IMG/VR virus record: IMGVR_UViG_3300034104_003795
Span: 1 to 64,000 of that record
Direction: 5' to 3' (one strand)
Length of the DNA: 64,000 nt
Below are positions 36,798 through 45,801 of the stretch, piece after piece. Below the pieces are notes generated by a model. The model made no database searches. It saw only the letters and a list, made by a program, of their open reading frames with translations, and was not told the DNA's origin. Position 1 is the first letter of the stretch; the number at the start of each line of letters is the position of its first letter. A program made the translations under genes and the position numbers.

Positions 36798-36829
36798 CAA
36801 ATATACAACTATTTTTTCAGACCACCAAA
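36798..36829 (-). promoter_or_regulatory. Bacteroidota primary-sigma promoter
   Basis: TTTGG-N19-TATATTTG. Confidence 0.8.
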
Positions 36830-36835
36830 TCTTTT

Positions 36836-37342
36836 TTAATATTTTATTAGGGATACCACATTTTTACCACCGATTCGGATATCACCATGTAGGTAGGTTA
36901 AATCAATAAGGGTTACTGCTCCAATCACATTATACCCAGCTAACCTCAATAGTTCCTCTGCCGCAAGTAAAGTTCCGCCAGTAGCAAGAACATCATCTAC
37001 AATCACTATATCACCTTTACCTTCTTTAACCTCTAATATATCATGTCCATACTCTTTGGATGAATCTATTTTTATTGTAGGTGGTGGTAACTTACCTGCC
37101 TTACGAATAGGAACGAATCCTTTACTATCTACTCCTGCGATTGCGGAAGCAAATATAAATCCTCTTGCCTCTATTCCTGCAACTGAATGACAAGGAAAGT
37201 TTTCATCTATTAAAACTACCATTTCATCTATCGCAGATTGAAATGCTCTACCATCTGAAAGGAGTGGTGTTATATCCCTAAAAGTTACTCCGTCAATCGG
37301 AAATCCTTCTACATCGTTAATTAATCTTTTTAAATTTTCCAT
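36836..37342 (-). CDS. apt: adenine phosphoribosyltransferase
   Basis: FPIDGVTFRDITPLL, GIEARGFIF, VPIRKAGKLP, VIVDDVLATGGT. Confidence 0.93.
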   Translation of the reverse strand: MENLKRLINDVEGFPIDGVTFRDITPLLSDGRAFQSAIDEMVVLIDENFPCHSVAGIEARGFIFASAIAGVDSKGFVPIRKAGKLPPPTIKIDSSKEYGHDILEVKEGKGDIVIVDDVLATGGTLLAAEELLRLAGYNVIGAVTLIDLTYLHGDIRIGGKNVVSLIKY

Positions 37343-37343
37343 T

Positions 37344-37649
37344 TTATATTGTGTTTAAATAATGTACCAATGATTCGCCAAAAAGTTCCATATCATGTAA
37401 TGTTGCTTGATATACAACATCTTCTATAATATCTCCAGTAGAATCATTCATAAGTTTTATATCATAGGTAAGTTCACTCCATTCATCATTTAATAAACCT
37501 TGCCTAAATATAACCAATGTTATTGTTCGTTTACCATCTTTATGTCTGGCCTGCAAAGCATAATGTTCTTTACCCGCATCGGTTCTACCAATCTGCCAAT
37601 CACCATACCATTGGTTTTGTATCTTCTTAAAATTTTCTATTGTTAGCAT
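37344..37649 (-). CDS. MLTIxN-family paralogue A1
   Basis: MLTIENFKKI..W..HYAL..LVIFR. Confidence 0.7.
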   Translation of the reverse strand: MLTIENFKKIQNQWYGDWQIGRTDAGKEHYALQARHKDGKRTITLVIFRQGLLNDEWSELTYDIKLMNDSTGDIIEDVVYQATLHDMELFGESLVHYLNTI

Positions 37650-37651
37650 AA

Positions 37652-38122
37652 TTAAAAAGGTATTACTGGATGGTATTTATCAACTATTTCTTCTACCATT
37701 CCCCAAAAGTTTTTATAATTCAAATCATGCCCTCTAAACCAACCTCTATAATCCCATTCACCTTTATCATCGTTAATATACACTTGATACATCATTTCTG
37801 GATAATATGGTACAGGTGCAACTTGAAGTTCTCTACCCAAAGTAATATATACTCTCAATTTTTTATCTTCTCTATGTACAAGTTGAAATGTATATACTTC
37901 TTCCGATTCATCCGCAGATAGAATATCCCATCCCCAAAAAATCATCGTAGTAAGTTCTTTATCGTAATTTTGTATATGTAATTTTTTCTTTTTCATATTT
38001 GGTTCTTTTGGTGTAACTGTTACTATAACCTTTCCATAGTTTTTAGGATTGATTGGTTTACTATATCCCTTTCTAATAAGTTGGTTAGGTCTAAATCCAC
38101 CTTTTAATTTATTTATTCTCAT
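37652..38122 (-). CDS. MLTIxN-family paralogue A2 (family domain starts at Met 37996)
   Basis: LHIQNYDK..WDI..VYTF..ITLGR. Confidence 0.65.
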   Translation of the reverse strand: MRINKLKGGFRPNQLIRKGYSKPINPKNYGKVIVTVTPKEPNMKKKKLHIQNYDKELTTMIFWGWDILSADESEEVYTFQLVHREDKKLRVYITLGRELQVAPVPYYPEMMYQVYINDDKGEWDYRGWFRGHDLNYKNFWGMVEEIVDKYHPVIPF

Positions 38123-38123
38123 A

Positions 38124-38432
38124 TTACATTGATGCCTTTAAGCAACTACTAAACGTTCTCATCACATTTGTAAATTTTCCAAACCATTTCGCAGTTATAA
38201 TATGAATTGGACAATTAGGATAGTTTAATCGGTATTCCCATGCCTTCTCAATATCATTATAATGCCCAATCTTACTTACCTCAATCCAAATATAACGGTG
38301 TACACCGGAACTATCATCTCTGAATTGAAATCTATAATTTGTATCCGTTTCAATAGCCTCAGTACAAATAAATCTTTCTTTATGAAACATCGCTGTTACT
38401 ATCTTATCGTAATTTTGTATTATTAGTTTCAT
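38124..38432 (-). CDS. MLTIxN-family paralogue A3
   Basis: MKLIIQNYDK..NYRF..EYRL. Confidence 0.65.
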   Translation of the reverse strand: MKLIIQNYDKIVTAMFHKERFICTEAIETDTNYRFQFRDDSSGVHRYIWIEVSKIGHYNDIEKAWEYRLNYPNCPIHIITAKWFGKFTNVMRTFSSCLKASM

Positions 38433-38436
38433 TCAT

Positions 38437-38745
38437 CTATTTTTTATGTTCTGATTGAATATAACATTCCATCATCAACCAAAATTGCTCCTTATCTTTA
38501 AATTGAGAAAGTGGTAGTTGCCCTTTCCAAATTATATTCGTATAAGAACGATACATAACACTAACCTCAACTTTACCATTTTTAATTTCTCTCCCTAATT
38601 GTACCGCAGCATGTGTAGTATTACCATCAATACATTTCAATTTAAATGTATAATACTGATTGGTTTCTTGTGCAAAATATATTACCCAATTTTGTATTAG
38701 ATAATTCTTTAAATCTGCGTAATTACTAATATCTAACTTTTTCAT
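38437..38745 (-). CDS. MLTIxN-family paralogue A4
   Basis: LDISNY..WVI..YYTF..VQLGR. Confidence 0.65.
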   Translation of the reverse strand: MKKLDISNYADLKNYLIQNWVIYFAQETNQYYTFKLKCIDGNTTHAAVQLGREIKNGKVEVSVMYRSYTNIIWKGQLPLSQFKDKEQFWLMMECYIQSEHKK

Positions 38746-38753
38746 TTATTATA

Positions 38754-39056
38754 TTATCTTTGTAACCCACCCATTATTTCGGTGAATTTGTTCACTAAAT
38801 TATTTATATCTTTTATATAGTCAAGCGTTACCGCATATCCTATTGGTTTATCATCTAATGTAAATTTATATTCTCCACTACTTTCAGCAATTCTATTAAG
38901 AGATAATTTCCTTACATCATCTATTTTACCTGTTAAAGGGTTTTTTCTTAACAATACGAAGTGATACCAATTGTCAGTTTCACTAATACTATCCACCAAC
39001 CAATGTTTGTCAAACGCATATTGGTTTAATTTATTTACATTTAATATTGTTAGCAT
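38754..39056 (-). CDS. MLTIxN-family paralogue A5
   Basis: MLTILNVNKL..WLV..WYHF..LSLNR..EYKF. Confidence 0.7.
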   Translation of the reverse strand: MLTILNVNKLNQYAFDKHWLVDSISETDNWYHFVLLRKNPLTGKIDDVRKLSLNRIAESSGEYKFTLDDKPIGYAVTLDYIKDINNLVNKFTEIMGGLQR

Positions 39057-39057
39057 G

Positions 39058-39333
39058 TTATATTAATTCATCTATTAAAAATCTTACAAACTCATCTCTA
39101 TCTCCCATACACTCTATTGGTAGATAATGTTCTTTTTGTGTTTCTAAACAATAGACATGATAATCACCATGCTTTGTTTTCTTCCTATCAATACAAAGGT
39201 TAAACATATCAAAAGGTGAACCATTGTGTATTGTCTTTATATAGTAGATATCATCTCCTATTGACAAGTTATGTATCTTCCAATGGCCTATATACTTACC
39301 AGCCAATGTATTTATGTTTTGTATTGTTAGCAT
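39058..39333 (-). CDS. MLTIxN-family paralogue A6
   Basis: MLTIQNINTL..WKI..IYYI..LCIDR..DYHV. Confidence 0.7.
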   Translation of the reverse strand: MLTIQNINTLAGKYIGHWKIHNLSIGDDIYYIKTIHNGSPFDMFNLCIDRKKTKHGDYHVYCLETQKEHYLPIECMGDRDEFVRFLIDELI

Positions 39334-39334
39334 T

Positions 39335-39655
39335 TTATATCTTTTCTTTGTTCATTAAAATATATTCCAATTGGTTAATCATATTATCTTTATCGGCTAT
39401 GAAATCTGCGGTGACACATACATCGGTTCGTTTTGAATCAAATATGAAGAAGTACGATAAGTTAGGTGAACCAACACCTCTAATACCAGTTCTCTCCAAC
39501 ATAATCTTATGTCTTGTTGTGAATCCACTCCCATCCCAATCCTTAACCAATTCAAATATGTAAGTATCGGGTCTACCTTCATATATCAGTTGTATTGTCC
39601 AACCATCTGCCAAAGGTCTCCCTTCTAATTTCAATATGTTTTCTATTGTTAGCAT
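39335..39655 (-). CDS. MLTIxN-family paralogue A7
   Basis: MLTIENILKL..WTI..TYIF..IMLER. Confidence 0.7.
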   Translation of the reverse strand: MLTIENILKLEGRPLADGWTIQLIYEGRPDTYIFELVKDWDGSGFTTRHKIMLERTGIRGVGSPNLSYFFIFDSKRTDVCVTADFIADKDNMINQLEYILMNKEKI

Positions 39656-39656
39656 C

Positions 39657-40037
39657 TTAAATTAAATTTTGGTCTTTAGCCCATCTCATTATCACCTTGG
39701 TTGCGTACATTTCTAAATTGTTTTGGAATAGTTTCATATCCTTTATTTGTGATATCTTTAACCAATCATCACTATCCATTAAATTATTTTCCATTTGGTA
39801 TATTCCTTTTTCATCCGGCGTTCTACGAAGATAGATACAAAGTGGTACATCATAATCCGAAACGGCTTTATATTCAAATCGGTATGATTCATCCGTCTCA
39901 CCTGTTACTGCAGTTACATCACCGGGAAACTCAATAACTCGCTCACACTCCCATTCTAATAATTCAGAAGGGACGTACAAGTTTTGAAGTTTTATTTTAG
40001 TACCTACTAATTTTTCTATGTTCTTTATTGTTATCAT
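39657..40037 (-). CDS. MLTIxN-family paralogue A8
   Basis: MITIKNIEKL..WEC..SYRF..IYLRR..IYQM. Confidence 0.7.
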   Translation of the reverse strand: MITIKNIEKLVGTKIKLQNLYVPSELLEWECERVIEFPGDVTAVTGETDESYRFEYKAVSDYDVPLCIYLRRTPDEKGIYQMENNLMDSDDWLKISQIKDMKLFQNNLEMYATKVIMRWAKDQNLI

Positions 40038-40405
40038 CCGAATACTAAATTTTTAATATCATCATATTGTTTAATACTAGCACCATTCAAACTATTTTTT
40101 ACAATATACACACCAAACCTTCTCAACGAGCCCATCATTACTCTTTTAGAATTAAAGGAATTTGACCTAACTCTTAAAGGATACGCCATATCTTTGGAAT
40201 GATTAACTAAATAACAACCCCAACCCAATTCTTTTGGATGGGCTGAACTTCTCATAATGATAAGATAACAAATGTGGTTCTCTATACCATCGTTGTACAT
40301 AAACTCAATAGCATACAAATCTCTTTGAGCAACACAATATATTACCGATATCTTATCATCGGTCCATCCACCTAACTTTTCAACACCATCAATAGTTAAT
40401 CTCAT
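40034..40405 (-). CDS. MLTIxN-family paralogue A9 (divergent)
   Basis: MRLTIDGVEKL..LYAI..LIIMR. Confidence 0.6.
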   Translation of the reverse strand: MRLTIDGVEKLGGWTDDKISVIYCVAQRDLYAIEFMYNDGIENHICYLIIMRSSAHPKELGWGCYLVNHSKDMAYPLRVRSNSFNSKRVMMGSLRRFGVYIVKNSLNGASIKQYDDIKNLVFG

Positions 40406-40414
40406 ATTATACGT

Positions 40415-40507
40415 TTAGCAGGATATCAATAACATTAATAAGAGTATAAGCAAATACACTCCTAACATTTTCATTGTAGTCCAATCGTTTTTCTTTTTAG
40501 TTTTCAT
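40415..40507 (-). CDS. 30-aa peptide that is essentially a lipoprotein signal ending at the lipobox Cys
   Basis: MKTKKKNDWTTMKMLGVYLLILLLMLLISC-stop. Confidence 0.4.
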   Translation of the reverse strand: MKTKKKNDWTTMKMLGVYLLILLLMLLISC

Positions 40508-40856
40508 CCCAATACTTTTTACCTTTACGAACAACCTCATGCATACAAGCGATGAAGTATCCAAATTTCTTTATATCATCTACATCCAAATACTCAATCG
40601 TTACACCATGCAATCCCATCCAAAACAATTCGTACTTACCAGATACGTTTGGGTTTCGGTAAAGATAAATTTTGAAACTATCTTCCCATTGTTTATATGG
40701 ATTATTGGTTTTGGTGATGAAAGGTATTGCCGGAAAATGGAATACATACGCACTCCCATTAACTATCTCACCTTTCTCTACCGTTATCTTTTCAATAGTA
40801 CGATTGTGGAAATGGTGACCGGTAAGTTTGTTGATACCTTCTATGTTTAAGACCAT
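40497..40856 (-). CDS. MLTIxN-family paralogue A10
   Basis: MVLNIEGINKL..AYVF..IYLYR..KYEL. Confidence 0.65.
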   Translation of the reverse strand: MVLNIEGINKLTGHHFHNRTIEKITVEKGEIVNGSAYVFHFPAIPFITKTNNPYKQWEDSFKIYLYRNPNVSGKYELFWMGLHGVTIEYLDVDDIKKFGYFIACMHEVVRKGKKYWDEN

Positions 40857-41967
40857 ATACCTTTCAGTTTTAAAAAGTTAAGGAATGAAGATTTCGGAGA
40901 TACAGTCGAAAAATCATATTGGTCGTTGAGGTAATTTGCTTTGATAGTACTTTCCGGGTCTACATACGATTGAGAAACCTTCAACTCCGCCTTCCATTGT
41001 TGGTATTGAGGATTTAGCATAGTAGTTGTTCTTTCGTTTTCCAAGACCTCATACGCTTGGACATCATTGTAGTTGTTATAAGTTGTACTCATAATAAGGG
41101 TTTTATAATATAAATTAATCTAAATAGTTATCAAATAGTAGGTATATCGTCCATACTACACCGAATACCAATACACCTGCTATAAAGGCAATGGAAACCG
41201 GTGGTATTAATAGGAATACCTTAAATGGCCGTTCCTTTAACCATCTCTTATCAGTATCGGAGAATATAAATTGAATACCTAATGCTGATAGGAAGTTTAA
41301 TAGGAATAGGATAAGGAATAGTAATACCATTATTTCTTTGATTTAGTACGTTTAGTAGAAGCGGGTTTAGTTTCTTCTACAATCCCTGTGTTATCTGATG
41401 CCGTAGGGATTGTATCATCTATAAACTGACCACCATACGGAAAGAATTGTTTCCCACTAATACTGATGGAATGGATACGTCCAACTTTTCCTTTGATATG
41501 TGATTCGGATGGGTTTTCGGAATAGTACACACCATCTACTAACATCTTACCTTCTCTAACTTTAAAACTTTTCATAATCTTTAATTTTTGTTTTTATAAT
41601 GAATAATTGTTTATACTAAATAATTTTGTTGAACGAACTTTAAGATATTGGTTCTATCCTTACCCGATACACCTTTGAATGATTTGAACGAATAGATATC
41701 ATCCGCCCAATACTTTGTCATAGTGTTGGTATGTGTAGGACGTACCTCAAAGAAACGTACAAAGAAGTAATTGGGTTCACCACCGAATTCACTTTTGATA
41801 CTAATAGGTACATATACTACCTCGCAACTATCCGAAGGAATCTTTGTTACTTCATCTAACCATATATCAATAGGTTTAGAGAAATGTGAAAACCTCTCTA
41901 TCTCATTGTAGAACCTTTTCCAAGTACTCTTACTTAACTTAATTGAATCTACATACTTCATAGCCAT
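40847..41967 (-). CDS. four small hypothetical CDSs (40847-41092; 41115-41330 two-TM; 41330-41575; 41611-41967)
   Basis: Packed ORFs with AT-rich initiation regions. Confidence 0.55.
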
Positions 41968-41986
41968 AATCTTAATTTTTATTTTA

Positions 41987-42310
41987 TTACTTTGTGTTTA
42001 ATGCGGGTTTGTGTTTCTTAACCAATTCCATCTCTCTAATGTGAGCGGCCTCTTTACCTCTTACTACATCTAATACCGATACTTCATATACCAATTCTAA
42101 ATCATCAATGTAGTTGAACATATCCATATACAATTTCCAATCCCAATTTTCCCTTCTCGCTCTACTAAAATGTTTTTGTAACCGAACCTTTGCGGAACGA
42201 AGGAACGCCCGACCGGTTGAAGCCGTAATACCAATATATTCGTTACCATTGAAGGTATTTGTAATAAGGTATATAATATGATTCCTATCTGTACGTTTCT
42301 TCCTACTCAT
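41987..42310 (-). CDS. GIY-YIG endonuclease-family protein (start MSRKKRTDRNH)
   Basis: HIIYLITNTFNGNEYIGIT..RLQKH..REMELV..LNT; promoter at 42332-42363. Confidence 0.8.
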   Translation of the reverse strand: MSRKKRTDRNHIIYLITNTFNGNEYIGITASTGRAFLRSAKVRLQKHFSRARRENWDWKLYMDMFNYIDDLELVYEVSVLDVVRGKEAAHIREMELVKKHKPALNTK

Positions 42311-43098
42311 ATCTAACTTAACTTTTATACCTAAAATTACGAAAATTAATTGAGACCACCAAATTCTACCTAAAAGTTCTCGATTGGAAATCAACCCTTT
42401 ATAGATATATTTTAACCCCATACATAAGTCATTGACCGTCAACCAAGTATATATTAACCCCTTTCCGTTCCATTTTAACCCTATGAACCCCTAAACCATA
42501 CCTTTACCCTACCCATCCAAAATAACCCCAAGAAACCCCCTCGAAATGATTCATATATACGGCTATACTGTACAACCCACTGGTACCCCAATCCTAACCT
42601 ATTGATTGTCAATGAGTTATAACCAATTGATAATGAAGGGGTTATATATAGGGAATATCCACCATACCAATAAGGACGGATACAATAAAGACAGGTACAA
42701 TAGTAATAAAGACTATATACCATTAGGGGTAATATATAAAAATCTCGTATAGCGAAAAACTTGGGCTCGATACGAGAAGGGGTTAGGGGGCCCTCTAATA
42801 AAAAAATATTTTCTACGGTTCCAAGAAATTCAGTCCCCTACAGTCCCTATGGCGCCTACGTTCCAGAGGATTGGTATGCATGTATATATGTGTGTCCTCT
42901 ACAATCCTTATGGCGCCTACGTTGCGTGAGATTGTGTTTTTGATTGAAGTAAAATCTTTTTTGTTAAGGTAGTCCGTCCATGTGGGTAAGTTATAGACAC
43001 AAGAAAGGGGACCCGATTCCCAGTCAGTCCCCTCAGTCAACTTGCTCATTTAATAAACGTCAAATCACCAAACACTCCTCATTCAAGAGGATAATATT

Positions 43099-44282
43099 TT
43101 ATTTATTCATATAGTCCAATCCTATGTAGATATCGAACCATTGATTTATAACTCTATACTTTAGCCCCATTCCTTTACTATCATAATCTGTATAATCAGG
43201 TCCAGCTACCGCCTTCACTTCATTATATAGTGCTTCCGCATCTTCTTTGTGTATGGCACATAGGGCGTGTATTTTTGCTTTAATACTAGCTTCGTGTCTC
43301 ATACCTACTTCCCATACCGAGTGGCTATCTGACATCATATAGGACCAATCATGCTCATTCACTAACTGCATTAGGTCACTTCTCATTGTATTACTTATAC
43401 TCATATACTTAATTTTTTATAATAAATAAAATGTTACTGTCTCAGCTTTCCGCCAGGGTATATCATTTTGGGTACCGGGTCTATATGCATTACCCAGCAC
43501 AGCCTTTCGGTTACTATGTCTACCACGTGGACGGACACGGCCACCACCACAGGTTGCAGATAGTAACTTCTTTATAGATAATATCTGGATTTCGGACTCA
43601 AACTTTACAGTCAATAATTTTTCACTCATTGTATAAGGGGTTTATGAATTAATAAGAATAAGCCTTTGTACTAGCTTCTTCCATCTCTGCCAAATAGGCT
43701 TTACCATTGGCTGTACCCCAATATGATTTAGGGATACTATTATCGTATGGATTTGTACGCACAATACGTTCAATCACTTCCGCTTCCAACTCATTCGAGC
43801 GTAGAAAACCATTCACCAATTTTTCCATAAGGTCAGAACGTGTCTCACGTCTGTCCAACTTATTGTATGCGGCCAAGGCCATAACTAATGTTTTCAACTC
43901 TTTATTTGAGAAAGCCGATACTAACAGGTCACAATTTTGATTATACATATAGATAATTTAAGGGGTTTAAAAATTACTTCAAAAGGTATTTAGAACACAT
44001 ACCGAAACCAGCAGACTGTAAGTCCGATTTGATTTCCTTATGGAACTTTTTAGGGAACTTACCCATTGAAACCGGATACTCTCTCAAGATTGAATTGATC
44101 TTGGTTGTTTCAGATTTGAAAAGGGAAAGGAACTCTCTAGCCTCATTGAAGGCTTTACGAGTCTTACATTGGATACGGTGGGTATTACCCAAGAAGTCAG
44201 TATATTCTACTGATACGTTAAAACGGGGGTTTTCACTCATTTTAGAGGCTGAGAAACTCTTAAAGGGATTTTGCGTATTCAT
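43099..44282 (-). CDS. four small early hypothetical CDSs (43099-43404; 43417-43629; 43649-43948; 43974-44282)
   Basis: Downstream of host-type promoter 44306-44337. Confidence 0.55.
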
Positions 44283-44305
44283 ATCTTATCATTTTTATTA
44301 CATAA

Positions 44306-44640
44306 TAAAGATAGGGGTATTTTCCGAGCTGGCCAAACTTTTTGGGACTTATTTTAAAAATTCTTGCTTGAGAATCAATGACTTATGTAAGGGGTTGAAT
44401 ATCAATGACTTATAAAACGTTGGTTTTCAATGAGTTACGATTCAGTATAGATTAGGGGTATTTCACCCAGCCCCTACACAGATTCCAGAAGACCTGTCCA
44501 GAAAATGTGGATAACTTGATAAAAAACGGGTAAAACTACACAGAAAAATGTTCAAAATATAATATGTAGCATGTTAGTGTGTTAATTAGTATATTAACCC
44601 CACCAGTCCATCTGGGCCCAGGTCCCGCGGGACTTGTGGT
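44306..44640. promoter_or_regulatory. non-coding control region: promoter, three dyads, DnaA-box match, GC palindromes
   Basis: Dyads 44361-44437; TGTGGATAA 44506-44514; CTGGGCCCAG and GTCCCGCGGGAC 44612-44633. Confidence 0.55.
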
Positions 44641-44684
44641 ACTTTGGGAACATCAGCGAGGTACATTGGGTACATTAGGGACAT

Positions 44685-44709
44685 AAAAAAACCGGTCACA
44701 TCGGACCGG
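44685..44709 (-). terminator. intrinsic terminator
   Basis: CCGGTC-ACATCG-GACCGG with A7. Confidence 0.7.
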
Positions 44710-44734
44710 CTAATTATTTACTAACCTATCTTAA

Positions 44735-44908
44735 TTACTTAACGATAGTAGTAGTATCAGCTGCTACTGGAGCTACAGTTGAATCCACAGCTACTGCTGT
44801 TGTATCTACTGCTACTGCTGTTGAATCAGTAGTTACTTCTGTTGAAGTTGAACCACCACAAGCTACCAATGATGTAGCGATTACGAAAATTGCGATTACT
44901 TTTTTCAT
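44735..44908 (-). CDS. 57-aa Bacteroidota-type Thr/Ala/Val-rich lipoprotein (not in track)
   Basis: MKKVIAIFVIATSLVA-CGGSTSTEVTTDSTAVAVDTTAVAVDSTVAPVAADTTTIVK. Confidence 0.75.
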   Translation of the reverse strand: MKKVIAIFVIATSLVACGGSTSTEVTTDSTAVAVDTTAVAVDSTVAPVAADTTTIVK

Positions 44909-44976
44909 CTTTGTTGTTTTTATATTTGTTTTATTGTTTACCCATTAAAATAACAGGTATAAGTATTGGTTGTCTT

Positions 44977-45015
44977 AAAAAATTGGGACCGGCTAAATAG
45001 GTATCTGCCGGTCCC
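44977..45015 (-). terminator. intrinsic terminator
   Basis: GGGACCGGC..GCCGGTCCC. Confidence 0.7.
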
Positions 45016-45036
45016 TAATAAATTTATCAGTTAAGA

Positions 45037-45231
45037 TTAACCAACCCACTCATTACGAAGAGTCTTCGCTTTCTTTAATGAAGTCTCATATTGAGAATAA
45101 GTGATACCATCTTCGGTAACTCTCACGCGATAAGATACAGTACCAGATGGACGTGTAATCTTTTGAATGTTGTTAGAAACTGTTTCGTACATGTTTCCAC
45201 GCTTTGCTGCTTTTTTTGACTTATTAGCCAT
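45037..45231 (-). CDS. small basic protein, possibly AP2/integrase-N-like DNA-binding fold
   Basis: IQKITRPSGTVSYRVRV..KAKTLRNE; own promoter at 45329-45360. Confidence 0.5.
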   Translation of the reverse strand: MANKSKKAAKRGNMYETVSNNIQKITRPSGTVSYRVRVTEDGITYSQYETSLKKAKTLRNEWVG

Positions 45232-45532
45232 AGTTTTGAACGGTTGACCTCTTACACCGCTAGGTTTAGTTTATTTCGGTCCAACTTATTAATAGGGGTG
45301 GTCCTTACCCTTTATCTTTATAGAATATCAAAGATACGAAATATTTCTGATACTTCCAAATTTATTTTTTCCTTACGTTCAAGGTCAGCAATAACCCTAT
45401 CTACCATTGCTTCTGTTATTTGGGGTGATGCCATGCTCATATCTTTCATTAACTCTTGCATCGCTTCCCACTTGTCACCTTCAACTTCTATACAAATATA
45501 CGAATAATTTCCCATACTACCAAATTTATTTT

Positions 45533-45790
45533 TTAGGATGTAAAATACAACTCACCATTGTTGCTATATACCCTATCCACACTATTTTCTACAATAGTAA
45601 CCAAGTTACCCTTGCGTAACCCTTCGGAATAGAATTTAGCATACTGGTCAGTAGATTGCTCTAATACTTCAATAAACGGTCCAGCATCTATTGTACGGCA
45701 CCCAACAATCGGGGTATGTGTAAATGCAATGCGGACTTGGGGAAAGTCACTTAACAGTTGACGATAATAACCTTTTGGCGGTAAATTCAT
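45533..45790 (-). CDS. hypothetical protein
   Basis: ORF in early operon. Confidence 0.5.
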   Translation of the reverse strand: MNLPPKGYYRQLLSDFPQVRIAFTHTPIVGCRTIDAGPFIEVLEQSTDQYAKFYSEGLRKGNLVTIVENSVDRVYSNNGELYFTS

Positions 45791-45801
45791 ATTATTTGTT
45801 T

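Noticed and set aside
42481-42943. Track ORFs 42481-42723 (-) and 42761-42943 (+)
   Set aside because: They arise from low-complexity G-tract and repeat DNA, with implausible composition.
45318-45515. Track ORF between two early promoters
   Set aside because: Its listed start lies upstream of the 45493 promoter and its end overlaps the 45329 promoter; coding status cannot be supported.
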